Source: a virus
IMG/VR virus record: IMGVR_UViG_3300040801_000524
Span: 9,742 to 73,741 of that record
Direction: 5' to 3' (one strand)
DNA length: 64,000 nucleotides
Below, one piece after another: positions 48,992 to 59,508 of this stretch (positions are counted from its first letter, which is position 1; each line of letters opens with the position of its first letter). Below the pieces are notes generated by a model. The model was not told the origin of the DNA. It did not search any database and saw only the letters and a list, made by a program, of their open reading frames with translations. Both the position numbers and the translations under genes were made by a program.

Positions 48992-49810
48992 ATTCTTGGC
49001 AAGAAATTTTACTACGGTACTACCCGCAAGATCATCGTGGCATTCGGTGCGTTGTTCAACGACATCGAATTCGACCGTGAGGACTCGAACGGTGTATTCC
49101 AAACGATCAAGGTTCCGCTGATTTACACCCCGAAAGAGAAGTTCATTCGCAGAATCCGTGAGGTAGCGCAACCCAACACAGACGAAGTGTGGGTGAAAGA
49201 GACTCTTCCCCGTATGGGATTCGAGATGGTTTCTATTTTGTACGATCCGTCCCGAAAAGTCAACACCATGGAACGCATCACAGCGAAGAACGTCAATGGG
49301 GGTGGACCCAAGTTCATGTACAACCGGGTTCCCTACAACTTCAACTTCAACCTGTATGTGGCAACCCGCAAGTTCGATGACAGTCTCCGCATCATCGAAC
49401 AGATCGTTCCGTATTTCACGCCTGAGTTCCAAGTCAAGATCGTGGACCGGGAAGATTTTGGGTTGAACACCAACGTTCCCTACGTTTTGGACTCGGTTGA
49501 CTTCGAAATCGATGATGCGGGTGCAATGGACGACACCAGACGTTCGATTGTCTGGACGTTGGGATTCACTGCCAAGGCATACATGTACCCGGCCGCTGAT
49601 GAAAGAACCCTGATCAAGAAGTCAATCATCGACATTTCAAACACGGATGCTGAACAGTTCTACGAAGAATACATGGCGTATGTCGATCCTATGACTGCCA
49701 ATGAAGACGAACCGCACCAAATCATTGAAACAGTTAATGAAAACCATAGAGATACATATATCATTGGTGGTCAAAGTGGTGCGAACGCAACAATTGATAC
49801 ACTTGATTGA
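48992..49810 (+). CDS. gp15: Tail sheath stabiliser/terminator; probable non-canonical ATT start
   Basis: Similarity extends upstream of GTG 49037 (ILGKKFYYGTTRKIIVAFGALFNDI); VPL.Y.PKEKF, LPRM.FE, VPY, I.EQI.PYF.P motifs. Confidence 0.88.
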   Translation: MLGKKFYYGTTRKIIVAFGALFNDIEFDREDSNGVFQTIKVPLIYTPKEKFIRRIREVAQPNTDEVWVKETLPRMGFEMVSILYDPSRKVNTMERITAKNVNGGGPKFMYNRVPYNFNFNLYVATRKFDDSLRIIEQIVPYFTPEFQVKIVDREDFGLNTNVPYVLDSVDFEIDDAGAMDDTRRSIVWTLGFTAKAYMYPAADERTLIKKSIIDISNTDAEQFYEEYMAYVDPMTANEDEPHQIIETVNENHRDTYIIGGQSGANATIDTLD

Positions 49811-49840
49811 TTGGACAACTGATAACTGAGAAGGTAGTAA

Positions 49841-50482
49841 ATGGACCCGATAGCTTTCATCTTTTCCCAGTGGGGATTGGCCGGTGTTGGCGCATTCCTT
49901 CTACTGGTTTTCGTAATCAAAAACTGGTCTTGGCTTATGGACAAGATCAAAGATGTGAATTCGTCCAGAATGTCACATGACTCATTCGGCATGTTGATGG
50001 CAAAACTTGACTACTGGCTGGACTTCAAAATCCAGAACATGTACATCAATGATCCCGGTCGAAGACAAATCTTCCGTGACCTGATGCACATTCGGTACAA
50101 AGTATTCAAAGAACATCTGGAACGATTGAACAAAAACGATTTCAACGCAATGGAACCGGGGGCAATGTACAGCAAGATCGTTGCATGTCTCCACGATTCC
50201 ATCGAAGAGTCTGAAATGAAGGCACATGAAGCCGGTATCCCAGATGTGGTGGTACAGAAATTCAAGAAATGGTCTGGGAAGAATGTTGAGTTCACCCTGA
50301 AGGCCATCGAAATGGTTTGTTACGGCCAAGTCTATGGTAGCAACGTTCTTCGCATGCAAGCTGTCTACAGTCTGTACACAGCCATGCTTGAGATCACCAT
50401 AGCCGAAGGTGAACGTTCTCTGAACGAACTGAATGGTGAATTGAATGGCGTGGAGTACAAAGGGTATGTCTGCTGCGGATGA
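49841..50482 (+). CDS. Single-pass membrane protein, function unknown
   Basis: IAFIFSQWGLAGVGAFLLLVFVI TM segment followed by a helical domain. Confidence 0.65.
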   Translation: MDPIAFIFSQWGLAGVGAFLLLVFVIKNWSWLMDKIKDVNSSRMSHDSFGMLMAKLDYWLDFKIQNMYINDPGRRQIFRDLMHIRYKVFKEHLERLNKNDFNAMEPGAMYSKIVACLHDSIEESEMKAHEAGIPDVVVQKFKKWSGKNVEFTLKAIEMVCYGQVYGSNVLRMQAVYSLYTAMLEITIAEGERSLNELNGELNGVEYKGYVCCG

Positions 50483-50981
50483 TGATTTCGATCACGAATA
50501 CCACTGGGATGGGGTGATCAAGAATATGCAAGAAGCACATGAAGAAGCACAACGTGAGGGAGACGCTATCAGCGAATTCCTTGATACGCCACCGATGGTG
50601 TTCGAGCGTGAACGGGTTCCTGTTCCCGTAGACATGGGTGACGAACAAAATGCCAAGGATGACATGGATGAAGTTCGCCACAACCTGAAGCAACTGATTG
50701 CTGACGGTTCGGGTGCCATCGAAGGTCTTCTGAAGGTTGCTCAAGAATCTGAATCCCCACGTGCGTATGAGGTCTTGGCAACTTACCTGAAACAACTGAC
50801 TGAAATGAACAAGGACTTGGTGGGTCTACACGAAACCAAGTCGAAAATGGAGACCGAAAAGGCCAAACGTGCCGGTCTCGGTGGCCGATCTGGGGATGAC
50901 CCGGGTCAACCACGAACCACGAACAACATCTTCGTGGGATCAACAGAAGAACTACAAGCGTATTTGGAGAAACAACGATGA
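50466..50981 (+). CDS. gp16: Terminase small subunit
   Basis: D....R.NL..L...G..A......A..SE.PRAYEV...TNN.IFVGST.EL; start may be 50445 or 50466. Confidence 0.88.
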   Translation: MSAADDDFDHEYHWDGVIKNMQEAHEEAQREGDAISEFLDTPPMVFERERVPVPVDMGDEQNAKDDMDEVRHNLKQLIADGSGAIEGLLKVAQESESPRAYEVLATYLKQLTEMNKDLVGLHETKSKMETEKAKRAGLGGRSGDDPGQPRTTNNIFVGSTEELQAYLEKQR

Positions 50982-52006
50982 AAGGTTACTCGGATTGGCT
51001 GAACGAAGCGGTTGGCGCAAAATTGGCCATCAAGCTATCCAGAAAAGATGCCGAAGCCGTTCTTGGTCTATCGGGTGACTGGTCAAAGGACGATCTGAAG
51101 AAAGCCGTCCGTCTGGCAAAGTCACGTGCGCACCCGGACAAGGGTGGGTCTGCTGAAGAGTTCAACAAGGTACAGGCTGCCGAGAAGACCCTATCCGGAT
51201 CAACCGGTCAGACAAATGGTCGAGTGGATTGGGATGACATCAACCGTCAATACCAAGAACTGTACCAACAAGTCATGGCCGAACTGAAAGGCATGATGAA
51301 GCCGGAAAACTTCGTCAAATACTTCTCCGACTTGTTTGGTGAGAAGTTTGATTCGAACATGCATGAGATGGGTGCTACCCGTGGCCGGTCTACCCCGAGC
51401 TATGCCGGTCTGCATTTCGAGTTCGCCAACGGTGGCCGAACCAAAGTATTCGAGTTCGATGTTCACGTTTCCCTTCACGATGTGAGACACGACAAGACCA
51501 AAGCCATCGGTGGTACCGCTGACACACTGGCCTACACCGTGGGTATCACCGCATACGGGTACGTGAACAAGCGCAAGGTGAAGATGTCACAGCGTGACTA
51601 CAGCCGTTCGAACAGCCTGAAGGCATTGCAAGACCCGAGCGTTGCTTTCCCAAAAAGCAAGGTGACAAAAGATCAGAAGGCCCGAAAGTTCTCCCGAAGA
51701 GACATGGAACTGTTCTTGAAGAAGGAACTGAAGGCTGAGATCGGAACGTACATCTACATCCCCACTCAGACCGATAACATGTACATCTGGATGGATCGTG
51801 GCACCTTCATGCGCACCCCATACTGGCAAGTTTCGATCTGGGAGAAGACCGGCATGGCTTACAAGTCGGCTTCCCGCATGTACGCAACCTTCCCCGAGAC
51901 TGAAGACACCGCTGATTTGATCAAACAGGCTTCGAAGATGTCCGCACAACAAGCCGAGAAGTTCCTTCAGGCTGAATATGAAAAGTGGAAGAAAGCCAAT
52001 TCCTAA
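50978..52006 (+). CDS. DnaJ (J-domain) protein with capsid-targeting-like leader
   Basis: AEAVLGL......DLKKA.R......HPDKGGS.E.F..V..A...L; leader MKGYSDWLNE. Confidence 0.8.
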   Translation: MKGYSDWLNEAVGAKLAIKLSRKDAEAVLGLSGDWSKDDLKKAVRLAKSRAHPDKGGSAEEFNKVQAAEKTLSGSTGQTNGRVDWDDINRQYQELYQQVMAELKGMMKPENFVKYFSDLFGEKFDSNMHEMGATRGRSTPSYAGLHFEFANGGRTKVFEFDVHVSLHDVRHDKTKAIGGTADTLAYTVGITAYGYVNKRKVKMSQRDYSRSNSLKALQDPSVAFPKSKVTKDQKARKFSRRDMELFLKKELKAEIGTYIYIPTQTDNMYIWMDRGTFMRTPYWQVSIWEKTGMAYKSASRMYATFPETEDTADLIKQASKMSAQQAEKFLQAEYEKWKKANS

Positions 52007-52024
52007 AACAATGATGCAAGATGA

Positions 52025-53644
<1,620 letters not shown>

Positions 53645-53661
53645 TCCAAGGATTGGATTTT

Positions 53662-53669
53662 CCTAAATA
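53662..53669 (+). promoter_or_regulatory. Late promoter CCTAAATA
   Basis: Intergenic, upstream of gp18. Confidence 0.75.
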
Positions 53670-53725
53670 ATGGTAATCAAAACCAAAACCACTGATTATA
53701 AAACACACTCTAAGGAGAAAACAAC

Positions 53726-55963
53726 ATGGCATTCCAACTATCTCCCGGTGTAAAGGTCAACGAAATCGATCTGACCAACATCATTCCCGCTGTTTCTACC
53801 AGCGGTGGTGCCTTCGTGGGTCAATTCCACTGGGGACCGGTCCTTGACTACACCATCGTGGAAAACCGTTCCCGCTTGGAAGCACTATTCGGCAAACCGT
53901 CTGACGTGAACTACGTTGACTGGTTCTCCGCAATGAACTTCCTTGCCTACTCGAACAACCTGAACGTCATCCGTGTCGTGGACGAAGCAACCGCTTTGAA
54001 CGCTTCCGCTGACGGCCTTGGTGTTCTGGTGAAAAACGAAGAACACTACAACCTTGTCCAGCCTACCGCTGGTTCCGCTGTGATCGCTGCCAAGTACCCG
54101 GGTGCACTGGGCAACAGCATCGAAGTTCACATGGCTGACGCATCCACCTTCACTGACTGGGAGTACGCTTCTCAGTTCGATGGCAAGCCGGGTACTTCCG
54201 AGTACGCTGCATCTCTGGGCATTTCCGGTGCCAACGATGAACTTCACATCGTGGTTATCGATGCCGGTGGCCAATTCACTGGTGTTCCGGGTGCAATCCT
54301 TGAACGTTTCCAATACGTTTCCAAGGCCAGCAACGCCAAGACCCTTGACGGTGCCCCGAACTTCTACGGTTCCGTTCTGAACACCCAATCCGAATACGTT
54401 TGGTGGATGGGCAACCCGACCGCTGGCTACGGTTCTGACGGTGCTGTGACCGCAATCACCCCTGTTGGTGACGGTCTGTATGGTACCGGTGACGTTCCGG
54501 CCATCACCATCGTTGGTGACGGTACCGGTGCTACCGCAACTGCCGTGATGTCCGCTTCTGGTGTCGCTATCGATGTTCAGATCAACACCGCTGGTACCGG
54601 CTACGTGGCTACCGAAGTTCTGACCCTGAGCAACGGTGTGACCATCGAAGTTGATACTGTGGACGTGGGTGGTGAAATCCTGACCTTCACTGTGACCAAC
54701 GTTGGTACCGGTGTGGTTGACGCAACCGGTGATGCTGCAACAGGTGGTTCCGGTGCGGGTGCATCCTTCGATGTCGAAGCTGGTTTCGCTGTCGCTTCTG
54801 TGACAATCGATACCGCTGGTGCCAACTACAGCACTGCCCCGACTGTCGGCTTCGATGCCCCGGTCTCCCCGAATGGTACCCAAGAATCCGATGCGGCTGC
54901 AACCGTTTCCGCTGATCTGGATGACTGGAACATTCCGCTGGCTACCGGTGTGAGCTACAAGGTTCTGGATTGGGGTACTGCCCCGACTGGTGTTGGTGCC
55001 CGTGACGGTGTGGCCCTTGTTCTGGACCTGACTGCCGGTGCTGACGGTACTGCCGCTGACGATCAAGACCTGATCGCTGGCTGGAACCTGTTCGAGAACG
55101 CTGAAGTGGTGGACGTGTCCATCCTGTTCACTGGTGATGCCGGTGGTCAAGCGAACTCTCAGGCTGTCATCCAACACGTGATCGACAACGTGGCCGAAAA
55201 ACGTAAGGACGTGATCGTGTGCTTCTCTCCGGACTTGGCTGACGTGTTCAACGTTACCCCCGAGGCCGCTGCCGAGAACTGCGTGGAATTCCGTTCCACC
55301 AAGATCAACCGTTCTTCGTCCTACGCTGTCATGGACTCCGGATGGAAATACCAGTACGACCTGTACAACGACAAGTACCGTTACGTTCCGCTGAACGGTG
55401 ACATCGCTGGCACCATGGCCAACACTGACGAAGTGGCTGACCCGTGGTACTCCCCGGCTGGTTACACCCGTGGACGCATCAAGAACGTCATCTCTCTGGT
55501 GTTCAGTCCGTCCAAGACCCAACGTGACATTCTGTACAAGGTTGGTATCAACCCGGTGGTGAGCTTCACTGGTGAAGGTGTGGTTCTGTACGGTGACCGT
55601 ACACAGCAAACCAAATCTTCGGCCTTCTCGAAGATCAACATTCGCAGACTGTTCATCGTTCTGGAAAAGGCCATCGCAACAGCGGCCAAGTACCAACTGT
55701 TCGAGTTCAACGATCAGTTCACTCGTTCACAGTTCAAGAACATGGTCGAACCGTTCTTGCGTGAGGTCAAGGGCAGACGTGGTATCTACGACTTCCAAGT
55801 CGTGTGTGACGATACCAACAACACCCCTGAAGTGATTGACCGATCCGAGTTTGTTGCGGACATCTACATCAAACCGGCCTACTCCATCAACTTCATCACC
55901 CTGAACTTCGTTGCAGTTCGTACCGGTGTTGAGTTCGAGGAAATCATCGGTCTACAACAGTAA
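53726..55963 (+). CDS. gp18: Tail sheath protein
   Basis: MAFQLSPGV...EIDLT, F.WGP, DSGWKYQYD.YND.YR..P.NGD.AG, W.SPAG..RG, INIRRLF, FEFND.FTR, INFITLNFVA.RTGV.F.E. Confidence 0.97.
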   Translation: MAFQLSPGVKVNEIDLTNIIPAVSTSGGAFVGQFHWGPVLDYTIVENRSRLEALFGKPSDVNYVDWFSAMNFLAYSNNLNVIRVVDEATALNASADGLGVLVKNEEHYNLVQPTAGSAVIAAKYPGALGNSIEVHMADASTFTDWEYASQFDGKPGTSEYAASLGISGANDELHIVVIDAGGQFTGVPGAILERFQYVSKASNAKTLDGAPNFYGSVLNTQSEYVWWMGNPTAGYGSDGAVTAITPVGDGLYGTGDVPAITIVGDGTGATATAVMSASGVAIDVQINTAGTGYVATEVLTLSNGVTIEVDTVDVGGEILTFTVTNVGTGVVDATGDAATGGSGAGASFDVEAGFAVASVTIDTAGANYSTAPTVGFDAPVSPNGTQESDAAATVSADLDDWNIPLATGVSYKVLDWGTAPTGVGARDGVALVLDLTAGADGTAADDQDLIAGWNLFENAEVVDVSILFTGDAGGQANSQAVIQHVIDNVAEKRKDVIVCFSPDLADVFNVTPEAAAENCVEFRSTKINRSSSYAVMDSGWKYQYDLYNDKYRYVPLNGDIAGTMANTDEVADPWYSPAGYTRGRIKNVISLVFSPSKTQRDILYKVGINPVVSFTGEGVVLYGDRTQQTKSSAFSKINIRRLFIVLEKAIATAAKYQLFEFNDQFTRSQFKNMVEPFLREVKGRRGIYDFQVVCDDTNNTPEVIDRSEFVADIYIKPAYSINFITLNFVAVRTGVEFEEIIGLQQ

Positions 55964-55973
55964 CAGCCGACAT

Positions 55974-55991
55974 GGGGGTCTTCGGACCCCC
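55974..55991 (+). other. cUUCGg RNA hairpin between gp18 and gp19
   Basis: gggggtc TTCG gaccccc with no U-tract. Confidence 0.7.
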
Positions 55992-55997
55992 TGACTC

Positions 55998-56005
55998 GCT
56001 AAATA
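55998..56005 (+). promoter_or_regulatory. Late promoter GCTAAATA
   Basis: Upstream of the gp19 SD aaggag. Confidence 0.7.
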
Positions 56006-56028
56006 CAAGAAACTGAAGGAGTAAATCA

Positions 56029-56619
56029 ATGCCCTACAACATCGGAATCAACGACTTCGTTGCCAAGTTCACAGGTGGTGGCGCACGCCCGAACCTGTAC
56101 ATGGTGACCCTTAACTTCCCGGCTGGCGTAGCCGCTTCCGGTGACGCTATCAAGAACTCATATCTGTGTAAGGCCGCTGCCTTGCCTCAGTCCACCATCG
56201 GCCAAGTTCTGGTACCCTTCATGGGCCGTCAGATCAAAGTTGCTGGTGACAAAGAATTCGAGCCTTGGACCGTTACCATGATCAACGACACCGACTTCTC
56301 CGCACGTGCTGCGTTCGAACGTTGGATGAACATGATCAACACCCACGTATCCAATACCGGTGTGGCCAACCCGAACCAGTATTACGCTGACCTGAAAGTG
56401 GAACAACTGGATCGTCAAGGTGACACCATCTACAGTTACGACATGCGTTCGTGCTTCCCGACCGAGGTTGGTGAAGTGACACTGGGATACGACAACAACG
56501 ATGCGGTTGAAGAGTTCACCGTGACATTCGCTGTCAACTACTGGACTTCAAACTCCACTGACGGTGACTCTGGTGGTCTGACCGGTTCTCTACCGGGTGC
56601 CGCTGGTACCTTCATTTAA
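56029..56619 (+). CDS. gp19: Tail tube protein
   Basis: GGGARPNL..V, CKAAALP.S..G...VPF.GR..K.AGD..F..W..T..ND.DF..R..FE.W, QLDR, FPT....L......EEF.V.F...YW. Confidence 0.96.
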   Translation: MPYNIGINDFVAKFTGGGARPNLYMVTLNFPAGVAASGDAIKNSYLCKAAALPQSTIGQVLVPFMGRQIKVAGDKEFEPWTVTMINDTDFSARAAFERWMNMINTHVSNTGVANPNQYYADLKVEQLDRQGDTIYSYDMRSCFPTEVGEVTLGYDNNDAVEEFTVTFAVNYWTSNSTDGDSGGLTGSLPGAAGTFI

Positions 56620-56623
56620 CCGG

Positions 56624-56631
56624 CCTAAATA
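56624..56631 (+). promoter_or_regulatory. Late promoter CCTAAATA overlapping a hairpin
   Basis: After the gp19 stop, upstream of the GIY-YIG and portal genes. Confidence 0.65.
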
Positions 56632-56682
56632 AGGGTGTGGGGGCTTCTGGTCCCCACATTCTTATAGCCTGAAGGTAAATTG

Positions 56683-57288
56683 ATGATCGTCTACAAGGCA
56701 ACGAACAAGGCAACCGGAAAAAGTTACATTGGAAAGACTGTAAGAACTCTCGAAGAACGAAAGTCAGACCATATTCACTCGCTTACTTCCGGTAAGAACT
56801 ATGCATTCTGCAACTCTCTGAGAAAGCATGGTGTAGATTCGTTCGTCTGGGAAATCATCGGTACTGCATCATCTGAAGACGAACTGAATCGTCTCGAAAT
56901 TGACCTAATCTCCGAACACAGCACAATGGTACCCAACGGATACAATCTGACGGCCGGTGGAGAAGGGTGCACGGGTATGGTCTTTCCAGAAGAATCAAAG
57001 CGTATGTTGTCCGAATTGAACATGGGTGAAAAGAACCCGTTCTTCGGAAAACGGCACACCAAGAAAACGATAATCAAAATCCGTGAAAAGATGTCTGGGA
57101 CCAACCACCCAAGATATGGAAAACCAATCCCATCTTCTCACAGACGTGCAATTGAGAAGCCGGTGATTGTCGCTGGTATCAAATTTGACTCAATCACCAA
57201 AGCGGCCGATGGTCTGGGAATCCCCTATACAACCATCCGCAATCGCTTGGCAAATGAGAAGTTCACCGACTACAGAAGGGTGTCATAA
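56683..57288 (+). mobile_element. GIY-YIG homing endonuclease with NUMOD3/NUMOD1-like motifs
   Basis: IVYKATN..TGKSYIG.T...L..R...H, PNGYNLT.GG.G, GEKNPFFGK.HT, F.SI..AA..LGI. Confidence 0.9.
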
Positions 57289-57291
57289 ATC

Positions 57292-59052
57292 ATGGATCTA
57301 TTTCAGGCTGGTTTTGGGGATTCCCCACTCTCCAAAAAGAAGAAAAATCTGAAGTCGGGGCTGACATTCACACAGCCATCGAAGAATGACGGTGCGGTCG
57401 AAATTGAGACCACCGAGGCTGGCGTAAATTTTGCCTCACAGATGGCATATGCGTTCGATCTGGATGCAATGCCCACTGACGAGTTCGAACTACTCGTTAC
57501 CTACAGACAACTGGCCCTGCAACAAGAAATTGACGAGGCCGTCCAAGAAATCTGCAACGAAGCCATCATCCAAGACGACATGAAGTCGTCTGTCTCTGTT
57601 GTTCTTGATGACGTGGAAGACATGTCAGACGCAATCAAGGACAAGATCAGAGATGAATTCGAGTACATCCTAAAGCTACTGAAGTTCAAAACCGAAGGCT
57701 ACGGGGTGTTCCGCAAGTGGTACATCGATGGCCGTCTGTACTACCACAAAGTCATTGACGAATCAAGTGCCAAGAAAGGCATTGTCGAGATCGTTCCCAT
57801 CGATCCGATCAACATCAAGCTGATTCGTGAGTTCAAGAAGAAGCAAGAAGGTCAAGCCGATGTGTATGACATCGCTGACGTTCAAGAATACTTCATCTAC
57901 TCCAAGCGTCCCTTCATCGAAATGAAGCAAGATGCAAGCCAAGGCTTCACACACAACAACGTACATGGCCTGAAAATCCCTGTAGATGCCGTGACGTACA
58001 TTCCGTCTGGCATCCTATCCGCTGATGCCAAACTGGTCCTATCGTACCTGTACAAGGCTATCAAGCCCTTCAACAACCTGAAGCTGATGGAAGACTCGCT
58101 GGTCATCTATCGTGTGACCCGTGCGCCCGAGCGTAGAATCTTCTACGTTGACGTGGGTAACCTTCCGAAGGGTAAAGCGGAACAGTATCTTCGTGACACC
58201 ATGAATCGATTCAAGAACAAGATCGTTTATGATGTCAACAAAGGTACCATCAACTCCCGCAAGAAATTCCAGACCATGATGGAAGACTACTGGCTACCGA
58301 GACGTGAAGGTGGCCGTGGTACCGAGGTAACAACCCTTCCCGGTGGTCAAAACTTGGGTGAACTGGAAGACGTTCAATACGTCAAGGACAAGCTGTATCG
58401 TTCCCTGAACGTTCCACTGTCCCGTTTCCAACAGGATTCCACCGCATTCAACATCGGTCGAACCACTGAGATCACCCGAGACGAAATCAAATTCTCCAAG
58501 TTCATTGCCCGTCTGCGCAAGAAGTTCGCTACCCTGTTTGACGATCTGTTGAGAACGCAACTGATTCTCAAGAAGATTATCACTTCCGAAGAATGGCAAG
58601 AAATTGAGGAACTTATCACCTACGACTTCCTTGAGGATAACTATTTCCAAGAACTGAAAGAACTGGAAATTCTCAATGATAGGATCGAAGCGTTGTCCAA
58701 TATCACCAACTCAGGTGCCGTTGGTAAATACTACTCACATGATTGGGTAAGACGCAACATTCTTCGCCAGTCTGAAGAAGAGATGGAAGAAGAAGACAAG
58801 AAAATGGAAGAAGAAAAAGACGATCCTAAATATAAGGAAGTAGATGAATTCGGCAATGAGGACAATGGGTTCGGTGGCCCGGGTGAAGAAGAACAAGAGT
58901 TTGAATCACCGGGTGGTGGGGACAACGATGATCCCGAGAATGTAAAGGCCGAAAAAGAAGCTGAGAAGGCAGCCAAGAAGGATGCTGACGAAGCTGAAAA
59001 GGAAGCTGATAAAGCTGCCCAACGTCAACAAGCTGCCCAAGCAAACAGATAA
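57292..59052 (+). CDS. gp20: Portal protein
   Basis: FR.WY.DGR, SYL.KAIKP.N.L..MED..VIYR..RAPERR.FY.DVGNLP..KAEQY, EDYWLPRREG.RGTE..TLPGG.NLG, EITRDE.KF.KF. Confidence 0.97.
   Translation: MDLFQAGFGDSPLSKKKKNLKSGLTFTQPSKNDGAVEIETTEAGVNFASQMAYAFDLDAMPTDEFELLVTYRQLALQQEIDEAVQEICNEAIIQDDMKSSVSVVLDDVEDMSDAIKDKIRDEFEYILKLLKFKTEGYGVFRKWYIDGRLYYHKVIDESSAKKGIVEIVPIDPINIKLIREFKKKQEGQADVYDIADVQEYFIYSKRPFIEMKQDASQGFTHNNVHGLKIPVDAVTYIPSGILSADAKLVLSYLYKAIKPFNNLKLMEDSLVIYRVTRAPERRIFYVDVGNLPKGKAEQYLRDTMNRFKNKIVYDVNKGTINSRKKFQTMMEDYWLPRREGGRGTEVTTLPGGQNLGELEDVQYVKDKLYRSLNVPLSRFQQDSTAFNIGRTTEITRDEIKFSKFIARLRKKFATLFDDLLRTQLILKKIITSEEWQEIEELITYDFLEDNYFQELKELEILNDRIEALSNITNSGAVGKYYSHDWVRRNILRQSEEEMEEEDKKMEEEKDDPKYKEVDEFGNEDNGFGGPGEEEQEFESPGGGDNDDPENVKAEKEAEKAAKKDADEAEKEADKAAQRQQAAQANR
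58825..58832 (+). promoter_or_regulatory. Probable late promoter CCTAAATA inside the 3' part of gp20
   Basis: TAAATA core ~240 nt upstream of the prohead core genes. Confidence 0.45.
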
Positions 59053-59067
59053 TTTAGGAGACCTACA

Positions 59068-59490
59068 ATGGCAAAAGACCGCAAAGACGATACCCCGGCT
59101 GAAGACGCCAAGGAAACCGAAGTCAAAATGGAACGTGATGGTAAAACCGTCATGGTCGATCCCGATGCTGTGGAAGACTACAAAGAACGTGGTTGGAAGC
59201 TGGTGAAGGAAGAGAAAGACAACCCCTTCAAGAAGAAGGACAAGGACGAAGATTCGGACGATGATGACGAAGATGATTCGGACGATGATGACGAAGATGA
59301 TTCGGACGATGATGATGACGACAAAGAAGACATGAAAGAAGATGTCTCCGCTGTCTCTCTGGCAATGGCCCACAAGCCGGAACAGTTTGCCGAAGTCATC
59401 CGTCAAGGTCTATTCGACCGTGTGAAGGACGCAATCGACACCAGACGTGCGGACGTAGCCGCAAGCTACTTCAGCACAGAAACCGAGTAA
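59068..59490 (+). CDS. gp67: Acidic prohead core protein (gp67-like)
   Basis: Follows the portal gene; acidic; C-terminal F...I...L..RV..AI..RR..VA..YF helix. Confidence 0.6.
   Translation: MAKDRKDDTPAEDAKETEVKMERDGKTVMVDPDAVEDYKERGWKLVKEEKDNPFKKKDKDEDSDDDDEDDSDDDDEDDSDDDDDDKEDMKEDVSAVSLAMAHKPEQFAEVIRQGLFDRVKDAIDTRRADVAASYFSTETE
59251..59316 (+). repeat. 24-bp tandem repeat (~2.7 copies) encoding DSDDDDED
   Basis: gattcggacgatgatgacgaagat at 59251 and 59275, partial copy at 59299. Confidence 0.85.
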
Positions 59491-59508
59491 TCAAAGGAAG
59501 AGAAAAAA

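Noticed and set aside
53885-55696. 603-aa minus-strand ORF
   Set aside because: Antisense shadow of the strongly codon-biased gp18; no motifs or SD.
55974-55991. Hairpin after gp18 as an intrinsic terminator
   Set aside because: No U-tract; kept only as a structural or stabilising hairpin.
59251-59316. Tandem 24-bp repeats as a possible CRISPR array or iterons
   Set aside because: No spacers; the repeats are in frame and encode an acidic tract.
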